A stretch of DNA of 64,000 bases from Lama glama (taxonomy: Eukaryota): positions 9,798,001 to 9,862,000 of the forward strand of contig CM052817.1 of assembly GCA_028534125.1 (NCBI GenBank), read 5' to 3'. The position numbers and the translations under genes are program-made. The notes beneath the pieces are model-generated. The model saw only the letters and a list, made by a program, of their open reading frames with translations, ran no database searches and was not told the origin of the DNA. Below are positions 36,761-49,269 of the stretch, in pieces; positions within the stretch are counted from its first letter, which is position 1; each line of letters opens with the position of its first letter.

Positions 36761-39194
36761 ATACTGGACGTCTTACAAATCGCTCAAGTCCAAAGATTGC
36801 CGTGGTCTCTTAAGTGTCTTGCTTACAAATACTTAGTTAATTGAGAGAGAAAGTGGGCGTTCCTACAGATTACATTTAAAGTATCGGTTAAATCAAGTGA
36901 TGTCCAATCTGAAATGGTAATAAAAGAGATCTTTTAATTTTCGCTTTATTTAACAGTCTTTAAATCGCTGTTGTGGTTCAGTCGTCTTCGGGAAGTTCAC
37001 ATCCACGTAGCAAGCAGGATGCGCCCTAGAAACCACGTGGCGTTTTAATGTTTGTCGGGATGGCTGCTTGGTGTTCAGCACACAGTATGGAAAACACACA
37101 GTATTAAAAACATGTGTGCGTATATGTATTCAAAATATGTGTATGCACATATATTCAAAAGTATTAATGGGGATACTGTCTATTACTATTTTTAACATTT
37201 TTTCAGATATCTCACAATACATGTACACATACACTTTATTTAAGCAGGTTAATAATTAATATGGTACTTACTGTGTCCCAGGCACCTTAGAAACATCAAA
37301 TCTTTTAGTCCTTTAACAACTATCCGAGGCAGTTACTATTTCTGTCTCCATGTTACATATGAGCAAACTGAAGATGAGAGTTTGAATAAATTGTCCAAAA
37401 TTTTGCTCCAGAGGCTGAAATCTATGCTACACTCTGCTTCCTGTAGGTAGAGGAACCATAATTTATTGACCATGTCTGGAATTTTTTGAAACGAAAGGGA
37501 ATGCTATTCATAATTATGCTGGGCTTAATCAGAATGCACGGTCACTTTATCCTAACCGAGTGGTTTAAGAGCGCAACCTCTGGAGTCACATGACTGGGGT
37601 TTAGACCTTGGCTCTGTCGCAGTGTAACTTTGAGCAGATTGCTTACTTTCTTTGTGCTGCAGTGTTCTCAGCTCTGAAGTGGGTGGTAGTACCTACCACA
37701 TGGGGAAATGGTGAGGTTTAAGAGGAATCTATACTGATATACCGTAAATGCTCGAAATGCTATTTTTTGGGGGAAGTGCAATACCACAGACATCTTTCAA
37801 CAATAATAAACAGAGACTAAAGTCAACATCAAAATTGATGCTCAATGTTAGATTTATTTAAATCCCAATCCAGTAAATCAATTCCCCAATGAAATATATG
37901 TTTTTTTTTAACTGTAATTCTTTATTTTTTTTTAACTAAACACTTGGTCTTGGAGATCTTTTGATGTCAGTACATAGTATTCCACAGGGTGGATATAATC
38001 GTTTCCTACTGACAGAAAATTAGTTTTCAATTTTCAGTTATCATTCATTTGTTCAATAAGTATTTGCTGAGCATCTTCTAGGTTCCAGCCATGACATAGC
38101 TCTGACAATCCAGGAGTAAATGACAAAGTTCCCATCCTCTTGAAGCTTCCATGCTGGTTGAGAGAAACATTCTGCAATAACCATCTTTGTATATATCTTT
38201 TCATGTACATATGGGAGTGTTTCCGTAGGACAGATTTCCAGGGGTGGAATTATTAGGTCAAAGGGAGTATTAGGCATATTTTAGATTTTGGTAAGTATTT
38301 CTAAGTGCCCTCCAAAATAACTACCATTTTAGATTCCCATCACCGTCTCCCCGAGGATATGCTTCCTCACAATCTCTTTGTTGCTGAATAGTATGAACTC
38401 GTCTTAGGTATGAGAAAAATGACAGCTAACTGTTCCCTGATTAGCAGTGATTCTTAACATATTGTCTATGTTTATTGGTCATTTGTATTTTTTCCTGTGA
38501 ATTTCCAGTTTCAAATCCTTGCTAATTTCTGCTGAGTTGCTTATTTATTTCTTTTCGTGGGAATTTTTTATATATTGTAGACTACATATATATATATATA
38601 TATAGTGTTTTCTTTCTCTCTGTCTGTTATTCTTGTAGCCCTTCTAATTTCTGTTGTCCCCCAAGAGACTTTAACTTCAAGGTCTTGACTCTTTGATTAA
38701 TAAATTCCTCCTTCTACGTTGTTGGAAGCCTGGCATGTTGACTATTTCCCTTGTAATCATACCCTCTTGACATCAGCCCTCTTTTCCCTGATGAATTCTG
38801 ACTGAAGTCATTTCTTGTGACCTTCCTTTCACATCCATCCCTTGCTAGACTGTTCTCTCCTGTCTTGGTCATTTACATTGGGTCACAGTGGTCATTTATG
38901 CCAACTATTCAACCTGGTATTTCTACTTTGATCCAGTTCTTCTTACCTTTGCATGACTTTATTAAAACTATGTATTAGTGTATAAAAATGTGACATATAA
39001 TACCAAGCAAAACCAGCATAAAAATTACACATGTAACAATTGTATCTACGTAAGATTTAATATAAAGGAAAAAAGTAGAATACGGCCCTGTTGGGTTAAT
39101 GGGATTATTAACCACTGATTATTATTATTCCACTTGCCTCAGTAAGTTTATTATAGGTTTCCTTCCTTATTATTCTTCAGTTTCAAATTATCTA

Positions 39195-40895
39195 TAATTG
39201 GTATTTTGTTTACCTATCACTATATAATAAACCACGCCAAAACTTAGTGGCTTGAAACACAAGCCATTTTATTGTTTTCCATAACTGTGGATTGACTGAG
39301 CTTGGTGGGTGGTCCTTCTGTTCCTTGTGTTGTTGGCTAGGGCTGCGGTCATTTGGGGTCTCCCCTAGGCTGGAATACCCAAAATAGATCAGACATCACA
39401 TGAAAGGCACCGTGGAGGGGTCAGCTGAAAGGCTGGACCCCTCAGGTCACTGGAAGTGTTGAGTTTCTCCTTCGTGATGTCTCCACGCCTTGCAGTCACA
39501 CCTCTGAAGCTCTGACCCTGTGAACGTGCTTTGCTGGCAGCACCTGGGATGTGATCATTGCCTTGAGGCCACTTCTTACTTTGATATTCTTTTACTAAGA
39601 AAGACTGGAAATGAAAAGCAGTTTTATTTTCAGACCTCGCAAATCTTGACTTGGAAAGGTTTGCTCTTGATTCCGCTTAGAAGTGAACAGTTCTTTTTTG
39701 GTTCATTTCTCTCTTTCTCTGCAGACCTTATCATATGCAGGTAAAAGAAATGAATTGGCACTTCCAACATTCTATGTGGAAATCCCCTTGGCCGCAATCT
39801 TAAGTCCACCAGGTCTGTTTCTATCGGTTCCATGATGACAGGTGGCAGTGTTACCCAGCTTTCCATCACTATATAACATGGGTCTCCTTTCCCTAACCTC
39901 CAGTAACAATTCCCTCCACGTCCATCCAGCCTCTGCAGTCTCATTAAGACCTTTCTAATTTTAGCTGCCACCCAGTCCCCAATGTCAAGGCCACATTGTA
40001 ATGGTCAGGGTGAGAGAGGGGAGTAGGGGAAAGATACGTGTTTAAGGAATTGGCTCACATGATTGTTGAGGCTGACATGGCAAAATCTGCAAAGTAGGCA
40101 GGCAGGCTAGAGGCCCAGGGAAGAGGTGGTGCTGCGGCCCCAGTCTGAAGGCCATCTGCTGGCAGAATTCCCTTTTCCTTGGGGGAGGTCAGGCTTTTTC
40201 TTAAGGCCTTCAGCTGACTGAATGAGGCCCACTACATTGTGGAGGGTCATCTGCTTTACTCAGAGTCCATCCATTTAAAGGCAACATCCAGCTGCATTTG
40301 ACTTAATATCTGGGTACCCTGGCCTAGCCAAGTTGACATAGAAAATGAACCACTGTACATTCATTTTAGGTTTTTGTTACGCAGCACCTCGCTTCCAGGT
40401 ACCACTTGCTGTTTTGGTTATCTATTGCTGCAAAATAAAATACCCTAAAATGCAGTGATCTAAAACAACAATCATTTATTATCTTTCATGATTCTGTGGG
40501 TTGTCTGGGATCTAGGTGGTCTGCTTCATGGGATGTCAGCTGGGGCTGTAGTCACCTGGGGGACCGACTTGACTGGAGCATCCAAAATGTCACATTCACC
40601 TGATGGCGCCATGGCACCTGAGTTCCAGTGGGGTGGAAGCCTCTTTCTCTCTAAATCATCTCAGGGCCTCTCTTCTCCTTGGGGCTCCTCCATATGACCT
40701 CTCTGTGGTGCAGCTGGATTTTATTCAGCATTCCTCAAGTCTTCAAAGTGGAGCCTGGAAGTCCTCCTTAAAGCTTTAGACCCATAGCTGGCATAGCATC
40801 ACTTCCACATTGGTTAAAACAGTCACCAATTCAGCCCAGATTCAAGAAGTAGTGGAACAACACCTTCCCTCTATGGGAGGAGTGAAAAATTATAT
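39195..40895. mobile_element. Cluster of MaLR (MLT1) LTR pieces with a nested MLT2-like LTR (about 39995-40355)
   Basis: AAACTTAGTGGCTT.AAAC, AGGAATTGGCTCAC.TGATTGT and CTAGCCAAGTTGACA motifs. Confidence 0.7.
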
Positions 40896-42247
40896 GGACA
40901 ACTTGACTTTTCATGTATATTTATGTCAGCTTTAAAGTTGTCATTTTTTTCTCTTCTTTTTTATTCTTCTGTAACATCTACTCTGCTTTCCATTTTATTG
41001 TCTTTTATTGACTAGATTTAAAAATGGCAGAGCTCTGACACAGGCCTCTTGGAATTTAAGCTCATTGAATCTGGGAACTTCTGTTGCATGATGCACCTCA
41101 AGGACCTAAAAGAATAAGCAAAAATATAGTTGAATTTGAAATAAACTGTACACAAGCCAGCATATTACAAATAACAGAAGTGAACAAAGCCATAATAAGT
41201 ATCTTCCCCACTGAAGTTTTCAAACCCATCACTCCCAAGTCCATCAACTTCTATTTTGAGCTTATAAATTGTTATTTCTTCTTTTGTAGAAGAGCTTCTC
41301 AGTATTTCTTTATCTTCTTCACGTGTTCTTTTTTCTTGGCTTTTCTTTGCCAAAATCTCTTATCCCTGCAGAATTCACTTTCTACTAGTCTTCAATAGAG
41401 CATCACATGGCCTCATGTTCACCTGTGCATTCTTTATGATTGGCAGGCTTCCTTCAACCTTTCATTCTGAGCTTCTAAGACAGAGGCCAGTGGCCAGAGG
41501 GTCTCAGATTCACCTGAATGAATGCAGAAGGTGAAACAGGGAAGGTGAAACAGGGCTCCGAGACATGGGGCTTGGGTCCTGCTATGGTTACAAAGAAGGA
41601 AGTCAGCCCCTGGAGCTGAGTTATTTGTGGAAGGAAGGGTGGAGTGGAGTACATATGCAAATAAACTGGGTTTGGAGCCTCTGGGGCTGGGGTGCTCCCA
41701 GGACATCTGGGAGAATGTAGCTCTGGGAAGAGAACCTAGTTGGTCACCGGGGAGTGTATCAGCTGGCTGAGGGAGAGAGGGCAGAGACAGGAGGAGGGAG
41801 GGAGAGATGCTACTTCTGGGCTCTCTGGCTTCATGCTTTGCTTCAAATGTCATCTTAGAAAAGTCGGTGGTGTTAGCAGCTGTGGTCCAGCCCACATCCC
41901 ATGTTCTGGTATTGTTATTAACAGCTGAAGGAAGTGACAGTGTTTCACCCCGGAGAAAACTTTGGTTCCTTATCACAGTGAGCACTTACGGTCTCTCTGC
42001 TTCTGCCTTTCCTCCTTGGAGGGAGAACCCTTGGAAAACAGCTGCCAAAAGTCCGTTTAGAAAATTTGAAGGGAGAAAGGCTGGGAACCAGTGTTTATGT
42101 GTTGTCTACAATGTACTAGGAAATGTATATAGTTGGTTCTTTTTAAATGTTACCAGAATCCTGTTAGGAAAGTCTTAGAATGTACATTGTATAGATGGGG
42201 AAATGGAGCCTGGGAGAGTTAGATAATTGATATCCAACAGTTAGTTA

Positions 42248-42750
42248 CAGCTGGCAACGTAATTTGTGGGGTCCCCATGCAAAATAAAGATGACTTGTTT
42301 GTTGTTGCAAAAGCAAGAGAAAGCTTTCTTCTGTGGTCTTTCTCTCTATCTGCCAGAGGGTTTTTACTTTCTATTTGAGGTTGAGGCCCCCTGAGCATGG
42401 GGATATTTACAGGGAGACAGCAGACCCCTCACAGGTGCCCGGGGCTGCACCCCACAATGTGGCACACAAAGGAGGTACCCCGGCCCCAGCTCTCCTGCTG
42501 TCAAGGTCATCATGGGTGAGAACCTGCCCCAGGGAGGCTGGGAAGCTGCTGGAAGGGGTACTGTTTGTAAGCCAAGGATTCAAAGCCCTGGGGCACCCTC
42601 TGGTGTCCCATTGGCCTTCTCTCCTAAAATGCAAAAACAAAGATAAAATTATTAAGAATACCCAGACAGCAACTGCAAAGCATTAAACTCTGTGAGTGTG
42701 GGACCTTTCTGGGCCCTGTGCCCTGTGTGACTGTGTTGGTCATAATTAGC
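42248..42750. mobile_element. MER45-like hAT-Tip100 element
   Basis: CATAATTTGTGGGG.CCC..TGCAAAAT-like start and GGGCCCTGTG...ACTG end. Confidence 0.5.
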
Positions 42751-42759
42751 CCACGGAGC

Positions 42760-42858
42760 GGGGAGGACATAGCTCAAGTGGTAGAGTACATGCTTAGCAT
42801 TTTCAAGATCCTGGGTTCAATCCCCAGTACCTCCTCTAAAAATAAATAAATAAACCTA
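42760..42858 (+). mobile_element. tRNA-derived SINE (Vic-1-like)
   Basis: GGGGAGGACATAGCTCAAGTGGTAGAG...GGTTCAATCCCCAGTACCTCC, flanked by AGCGGGGA repeats. Confidence 0.88.
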
Positions 42859-44729
42859 AGCGGGGATTGAAACTCATCTCTTTCTCTCCGTGGAATCATC
42901 AGACTCATCAGAATGACAAGAAGACTGAAACATGGAGTGATTTTCCCAAGGTCAGAGCCGGTAAGTGGTAGAGCTGGCTTGTGAACTGACTGTGTAGCGT
43001 GCAGCTATCCCATCATATGGTTTCCAAAAGAGTGTGTTCCGAGCAATCTCAGGGCCTGGAGCAACCTATTCCAGCAGTGTTAGCATTTCTGCAGTATCCA
43101 GGTGGAGGCAGCTGGTATTTTTTTGTCTCAAATGTGAGTCATGAGGCTGCAATGTGAGGTCATGGGTCTCCTTTTAGTGAGGCAACGTCCTCAAGCTTGT
43201 GCTGCAGGAAATACTATGAATCTCCGCAGGTGAAGCAGTGGAGTTTCACATGCCCTTCTGGTTGTCAGATCCGTTCTTTGCGGTTTATGTCACCTCTTGA
43301 ACCGTTACCTCTTACAGCTGGGTCAGGAAGGAGGCAGTGCACACTCTGCACCCTGAATCCCAGGGCCATGCAGGACATTGCTGACTGGTCGCAGCACAGT
43401 GGGTGAACCTGGGTCGAGCCTCAGCAAGCATCACAGATGTTACCAGCTGGGTGGAGTTGCCCCAAGAGATGATATCTCTTTGTGCTTCTGTGTCAGAATC
43501 ATGTTGCTTGTCAGCTGAAGTAGGTAATTATAAAATGTAAAAATACTTCCTGGAGATATTCCAGCATCTTTCCGTTCACTTTCAGTCCTGGATGCTGAAG
43601 TTCACGAGTAAGTAACAAATAAGAGGGGGTCCTGGAGTAGGGGCAGCAGGATGAGGGGCTGGATGAAGAAGTTCAAGGGCCTGAGGCTGCCCAGCTTGGG
43701 GAAACCTGATGGGGGAAGTGTAGGTGACCAGATGTCCTCCACTGGTTGCGCCCTTGTCTCATTGCAAGGGAATCAGGTGTGTGCTGTTTGGCTCTGAAAG
43801 GCAGAATCAGAGCCTCCAACAGCAAAAAGCCAGAAATAACAGCCGACATTGGCACACCTCATCACAATTTGAATTCATCTGTCAAAGCAGAAATTTCAAA
43901 AAGTGAAGAGCATGACTTTTATAACATACAGAATCAACACACATCAAAGATTTATTTATTCATTTATGAGAGGACCTGTGAAATGATAAAAGTCTTTTCA
44001 GAGAACATTTGGAAGCACTGATTAGTTATAAAGTACTTTAAAAGGAATATTAGAATTAAATTGGTAGCTTAGATATAAAACCAGACGACAAGGTAATGAA
44101 AAGCCATACCTTTGGGGATATCTTTTCTATCAGACAGAAAATATTAGCGTCTCTAACAGACAAGATCTACAAGTTATCATATAACTTCACAGGGCTTGAT
44201 AGCCAGTAGCAGAGACAAAGATATGTTCTGCTGGGTAATTGATTCAATCCTGGGGGTAAACTTGTCAAGCAACGACCCAATGTGACATTCAAATGGCATG
44301 TGCCCACCTTTTTGTTATATTTCTAAATTGTATACATTTTTGTAACACACTTATTCAATAAGTATTTATCGAGTTTCTATTATGTCCCACAAACTCTTTT
44401 AGATCCTGGGGATATAGCCGTGGACAAAGCAAACTACATTCTTTCTGAGATGCAACTGGTATTCTAGTGGGAGGTGGGGTGCAGATAATAAAGAAAGTGG
44501 GACAATATGTAGTTTGACAGTGGCAGAAAGTGCTAGAAAGTGTGTTGGGATGGGGGGCTGTTTAGAATTTTAAGTGTGATAATGAAATAAAGAAGGTTTC
44601 ACTGAAAGGTGACATTTTAGCAGAGACCTGAAGAAAGTGGGAGAGCAAAAACTAAAATGTCTGCAGAAGAGCATTCTAGGCAAAAGAAAGAATGTGCAAA
44701 GGCACTGAGGCAGCAAGGACACCAGTATG

Positions 44730-46390
44730 GCTGGAACTTTTTGTTAGCAAATTGTCAAAAATATGTAAAACTAGAGACACCAATAATCAAGCTTCATTTG
44801 CCCATTACCCAATGTCAAGAATTAGCAACATTCTGCTATCCTTATTTAATCTATCTCCTCATGTTTTTTTTTCCCCCAAAGTACTTTAAAGCAAATTCTA
44901 GACTTTATATCATTTTGTCTGTAAATACTTCAGTATGAATCTCTAATGAAAAAAAACCTTTAAAAAAACATAATGGTAATATTCTCTTACCTAACAAAAT
45001 TAAGAATAGTTCTTCAATATTATCCAATATCCACCCTGGGTTCAATTTTCCATGATTTTCTTTAAAATATAGTTTTATAATTGATTTGTTCCAATAAAGA
45101 TCTGTCCTTTACATTCAACTATCTTAAGTACCCTGTAAGTATTTTAGAGGATATATTAAATATCCTTTAATTCATAACCATTTTTCCTCTCCCATTTTTA
45201 AAACCCTGTTTATTTGTTGAAGAGACTGGGTAATTTGTCTCATAGAATCTCCCACCTGCTGGATTTGGTGCCTGGTTTTATTTTACATGCTCTTCTGTTC
45301 CCTGTATTACCTGCAAACTGAGAGCTGGGTCACAGTCAGGTTAGATTTGGGGGTGGGCAGAAGTGCTGTGGCATTCCTTGGGTGCCACATTAGGAGACAC
45401 ATAATGTCACACTGTCCCACGTTTAGGGAGATTAACCGGATTGGCTATTAAGGGCTTAATTCATTCATAATGAAGTTCCACAACAACTTTTCACTTAATT
45501 AGTTCAGGAGAATTTGATGATTGTTGCCAAGATTAGTTATTTCTGTAGAGGCTGTGAATGAATATTTTCTAATTCTAAGACTTCTTCTGCACCCACTACT
45601 CTGATTCTTCTAAACAGAAGGCTCTCTCTCATCCACCATTTGGTTGCCCTGAAATGGAGTCCATAAAAGAAAGAATAAATGCTTAACTCTTTTCCTTTAC
45701 TTATCAATTTACAGAATAATGAGTTGGTTAATGCCCCATCAACTTCTAGAGATGACTTACGAGTTTCTTTTTAAAATATCATTATGAACTCATGGGTTTT
45801 ATATATTTAGCGTGTATCAATTCTTTATGTCACTCTTCTGTTTTTGTTTAAATTGCTCCCTCTGGCTAGTGGGAGGCCCTTTAAGTTGGCTCTGTGACAT
45901 TTTGATATGTTTCTGAGAGCTTCATTTCTTTTTGTCACAATAAGATGTCCCAGGCTCATCTTGTGAATGTCCTGCCTTAGAGCAAGGACTGGCCATTTCT
46001 GCAGGGAATCCTACTTACTTTCAGTGAAAACGAAATTTAGAGACTATATTAGAGTGCTAATTGCCACTGGGTTGTCATAACTCTTCGACTTTTTTAGTAG
46101 ACAGTTCTAGAATAGAACCTTCCTTTTAGAGAAAGAGAAATCATGAGTCCATATTGATAATTCCAATGTAAAGTAAAGGGCACAAGGTTTTTAATCTAAT
46201 ATTTTTAAATTTTATGTTTAGATCTATTTTCTCTGACACTAAAAATCTTGGTTCCTAATAACATTAGTAAAATTAATGTATTTGCTTTCATATGTAATTA
46301 TGTATATTTATGTCTGTTATTATTATTGCTAACAAGATGTCTACATGTCTTTCTGGTTCTTTTGGTTTTTGGATGTAGGATACATCCCAC
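44730..46390 (-). mobile_element. Old L1MC-type 3' region nested in L2
   Basis: AAAGCAAATTC.AGAC..TATATCATTT and CCCAGGCTCATCTTG motifs; L2-like sequence on both flanks. Confidence 0.6.
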
Positions 46391-48871
46391 TAGTGATAAA
46401 CAGTAATGTATAGAGCGTGTACCAGTATCTGACATCTTATTAAAGGGATCACACTGGCTGCTGGGTGGAGAGTGGATGGTAGTGGGGCTAAGAGAGGGGC
46501 GTGGAGACCATATAGAGATTCTTGTGGTAGTTAGGGTCAGAGGAGATTGTGACCTGGATAGTGATGGACAGTGGTGAGAAGGGGACACATTCTGGATGCA
46601 TTTTGGAAGTAGATTCGGTATGATTTGCTATGGACTTTTCTATGGGGATATTAGAAAAAAGAAGAAACAACAATAACTCCAAGATTTCTGGGCTGAGTTA
46701 CCAGAAAAATGAATTTCCATTGATTAAAATGGGAAAGGCTGGGGTGAAGCAAGTTGGGAAAGGAACCACCAGTTTGGCTTTGTACGTGTTAGTTTCGCAA
46801 CGTCCATTGTTATTCAAGGGCAAGTGTTGAATAGGAAGCTGGGTTACATGAGTATAGAGGATCTGAGAGACATCTGGGCAAAAGATATAAATGTCCAAAT
46901 CAGTGGTGCACAGAAATTCAAGAGCAGCTGTTTCATAAGGAAGAACTGTTATCATCTTATTCAAGTGATTCTGACTGGTTCAGTGCGATGAAAACCAAAA
47001 GCTGACCGATGGATTGATGACTTTGACAAGATCAATTTTAGAGGAGTGGTTATGGAGAAAGCCTGTCTGGAATAGATTTAAGAAAAAAATGGGAAGAGAG
47101 GAATTGGAGACTGGACATGGACTACTCTTGCCAGGGGTCTGCTGGCAAGGAGAACAGAAATGGCATGGTGGTTGGGTGGATAAGGAAGGATCCAGGATGG
47201 AAGAAATTGGGGATGCTTTGAGAGGCAGGTTCTTTAAAGTGGACTGAGAAGTCATCGAAGTAGAGAATGCTTCTGGATTTCTCCAGTCTCCTACGATCTT
47301 TGACAATCAGCCTGCCAATGTCAAGTTCAACAACATTTTTAAAGTGACTCATCTTGGTCATTTTTACCAAAAATTCAACTTAGTTTTCATAGGAAAAAAA
47401 TTTTTTTCCTTTTCCACTTATCCAATTTATTTATGAACAATTTAATTAAAGCATATAATTAAAGCAAAAACAAGAAGCATAAACATATTTAAGAGTAGGT
47501 ACATAAACACCCAAGTGAGTAAAAATGAAAGTTCTACTGAAGAGTAGCCTATTGATTGTGTAAAGGACAGAAAACTTGTACAGAGAAATGGATAGTGTAG
47601 TTAAAACAGGGGTCAGTTAAAAGGTTTTTTGTTTTTTTTTTTGCAATCAATGAATTTAGAAGTGGCCGGGCATCTTTCTTGCCATTAAAGGATAGTTTTC
47701 CTTGTCATTAAAGGTCTATGTCTTGCCTTGGACCTAGATCGGGTCAGAAAACTACCAGGACAAAGTTTTGTTTTGTTCTGTTTTGTTCTGTTTTGTCAAA
47801 ATGAACTGTGGTGGAAAGGACAGACGCAAGATGGTGAGAACAAAACAGGAAACTGAACGATAGATGAAATCAAGAATTACTTTCGTGTTTGTGTGTGTGT
47901 GTGTGTGTTGCGTGTGCATATGCGTGTGTTTCAAAGGCTACAGTCTTGAAAGGGAAGAAGTAATTATATTCACGAGTTTTTCTAGTTGATCTGAGTGGAG
48001 ATTAGGGGATCCTGTTTTTCAAGAAAATGTCACCAGTAAATACCTGCTCTGGAAGGAAGGGGTGATGGGAACCTTGTTTTTAAAGACAAAAAAGAAAGTG
48101 ATCATGGAGGTCAGAAACTAGAATAAACCAAGCATGAGAATGACATTCTCACTTCCGTCCAATGACTCAGTTTTTTCTAATTATGAAAGTAAAACATGCC
48201 CATTGTAGAACACTCAGAAAAAAATTTTAATATAGAGAAGAATACAAAATCACTTAATCCTCAAGAGTGGAATTCTAAATAGTAGGGAATACCACAATTA
48301 AAAAAAAAGGAGGGTCCCAGAAGGAAGATATAGACTTCCTTCAGTGGGTGGCCTCAGCTAAGCAGTTTTAGAGACACAATTCACATTTCTTCTACAATGT
48401 GACATTCAAAAAATTGCTAAGTTCAGTTCTCTGCTTCCTGCCTGAATGTATCAAACATGGTACAGCCACATAGCAGAAAACTATCTACACCTTTAGTGTC
48501 TGGATACTTTGAAGCAATTAGTAAAGCTTCATTTGAAGGGGTGTTAACAATTCCCACACTGCGTTCACTTGGCCATGATCTGTATTTGCCTTGATACAGT
48601 TCAAATGTTTATTTTCTCTTACGACTGTCAAACAAACATTATAAAGTTATTTCTGTCTTTGGTTCCTCGTAGTTCAAATATTGTGAAATTCATAATAAAA
48701 TTGCCTCCCTCATTACCTTGGCTTCTAGGAGTAAGACTTTATTTGTGAATTAACTTATCTAGAGCAGTGTCCAAGTTGGCAGTAATTAAATCTCCCTGGG
48801 AATTATTTAAGACTCAAAAAAGACTGAAAACATACAGTTTCAGTGGAAGAGATTTAAAACTGTAGAGGGCT

Positions 48872-49005
48872 GGGGAGGAGGGGATAGCTCAGTGGTAGAG
48901 TGTGCAGTTAGCAGGCATGAGGTCCTGGGTTCAATCCCCAGTACCCCCATTCAAATAATTAAATAAATAAGCTTAATTACCTCCCCCCTAAAAAAAAAAA
49001 AAAGA
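48872..49005 (+). mobile_element. tRNA-derived SINE (Vic-1-like)
   Basis: GGGGAGGAGGGATAGCTCAGTGGTAGAG...GAGGTCCTGGGTTCAATCCCCAGTACC with A-rich tail. Confidence 0.88.
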
Positions 49006-49269
49006 AAACTGCTAAGGACTGTGTGAGACATAGACCAAAGACAATTGGTCACATTTTGGGGATCTGATTTCATGTTTATTTAATATTTCTTAGTAAAATT
49101 TTGAAAGGTGTTTTGGAAACCAAGCGTATGACTGTGTCAGTTCACATCGGAAAACTGTAATTCTGTTTTCGTCATGTCTAGTTTCCTTCATCCTTTCCAC
49201 CCAAGGCACTTCCTTTTCCTTCTTCAATATTCCTTATTCCTAGTCCGTATCTCCTCCCAATTATTTTCT

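Noticed and set aside
41084..41398. Coding-looking acidic/basic minus-strand ORF (MAKKSQEKRTREEDKEIL...)
   Set aside because: Short, has no ATG start and could not be assigned to any family; needs a database search.
42760..42858. tRNA genes suggested by A/B boxes (also 1768-1875, 7715-7860, 48872-49005)
   Set aside because: A-rich tails and multiple diverged copies mark them as tRNA-derived SINEs.
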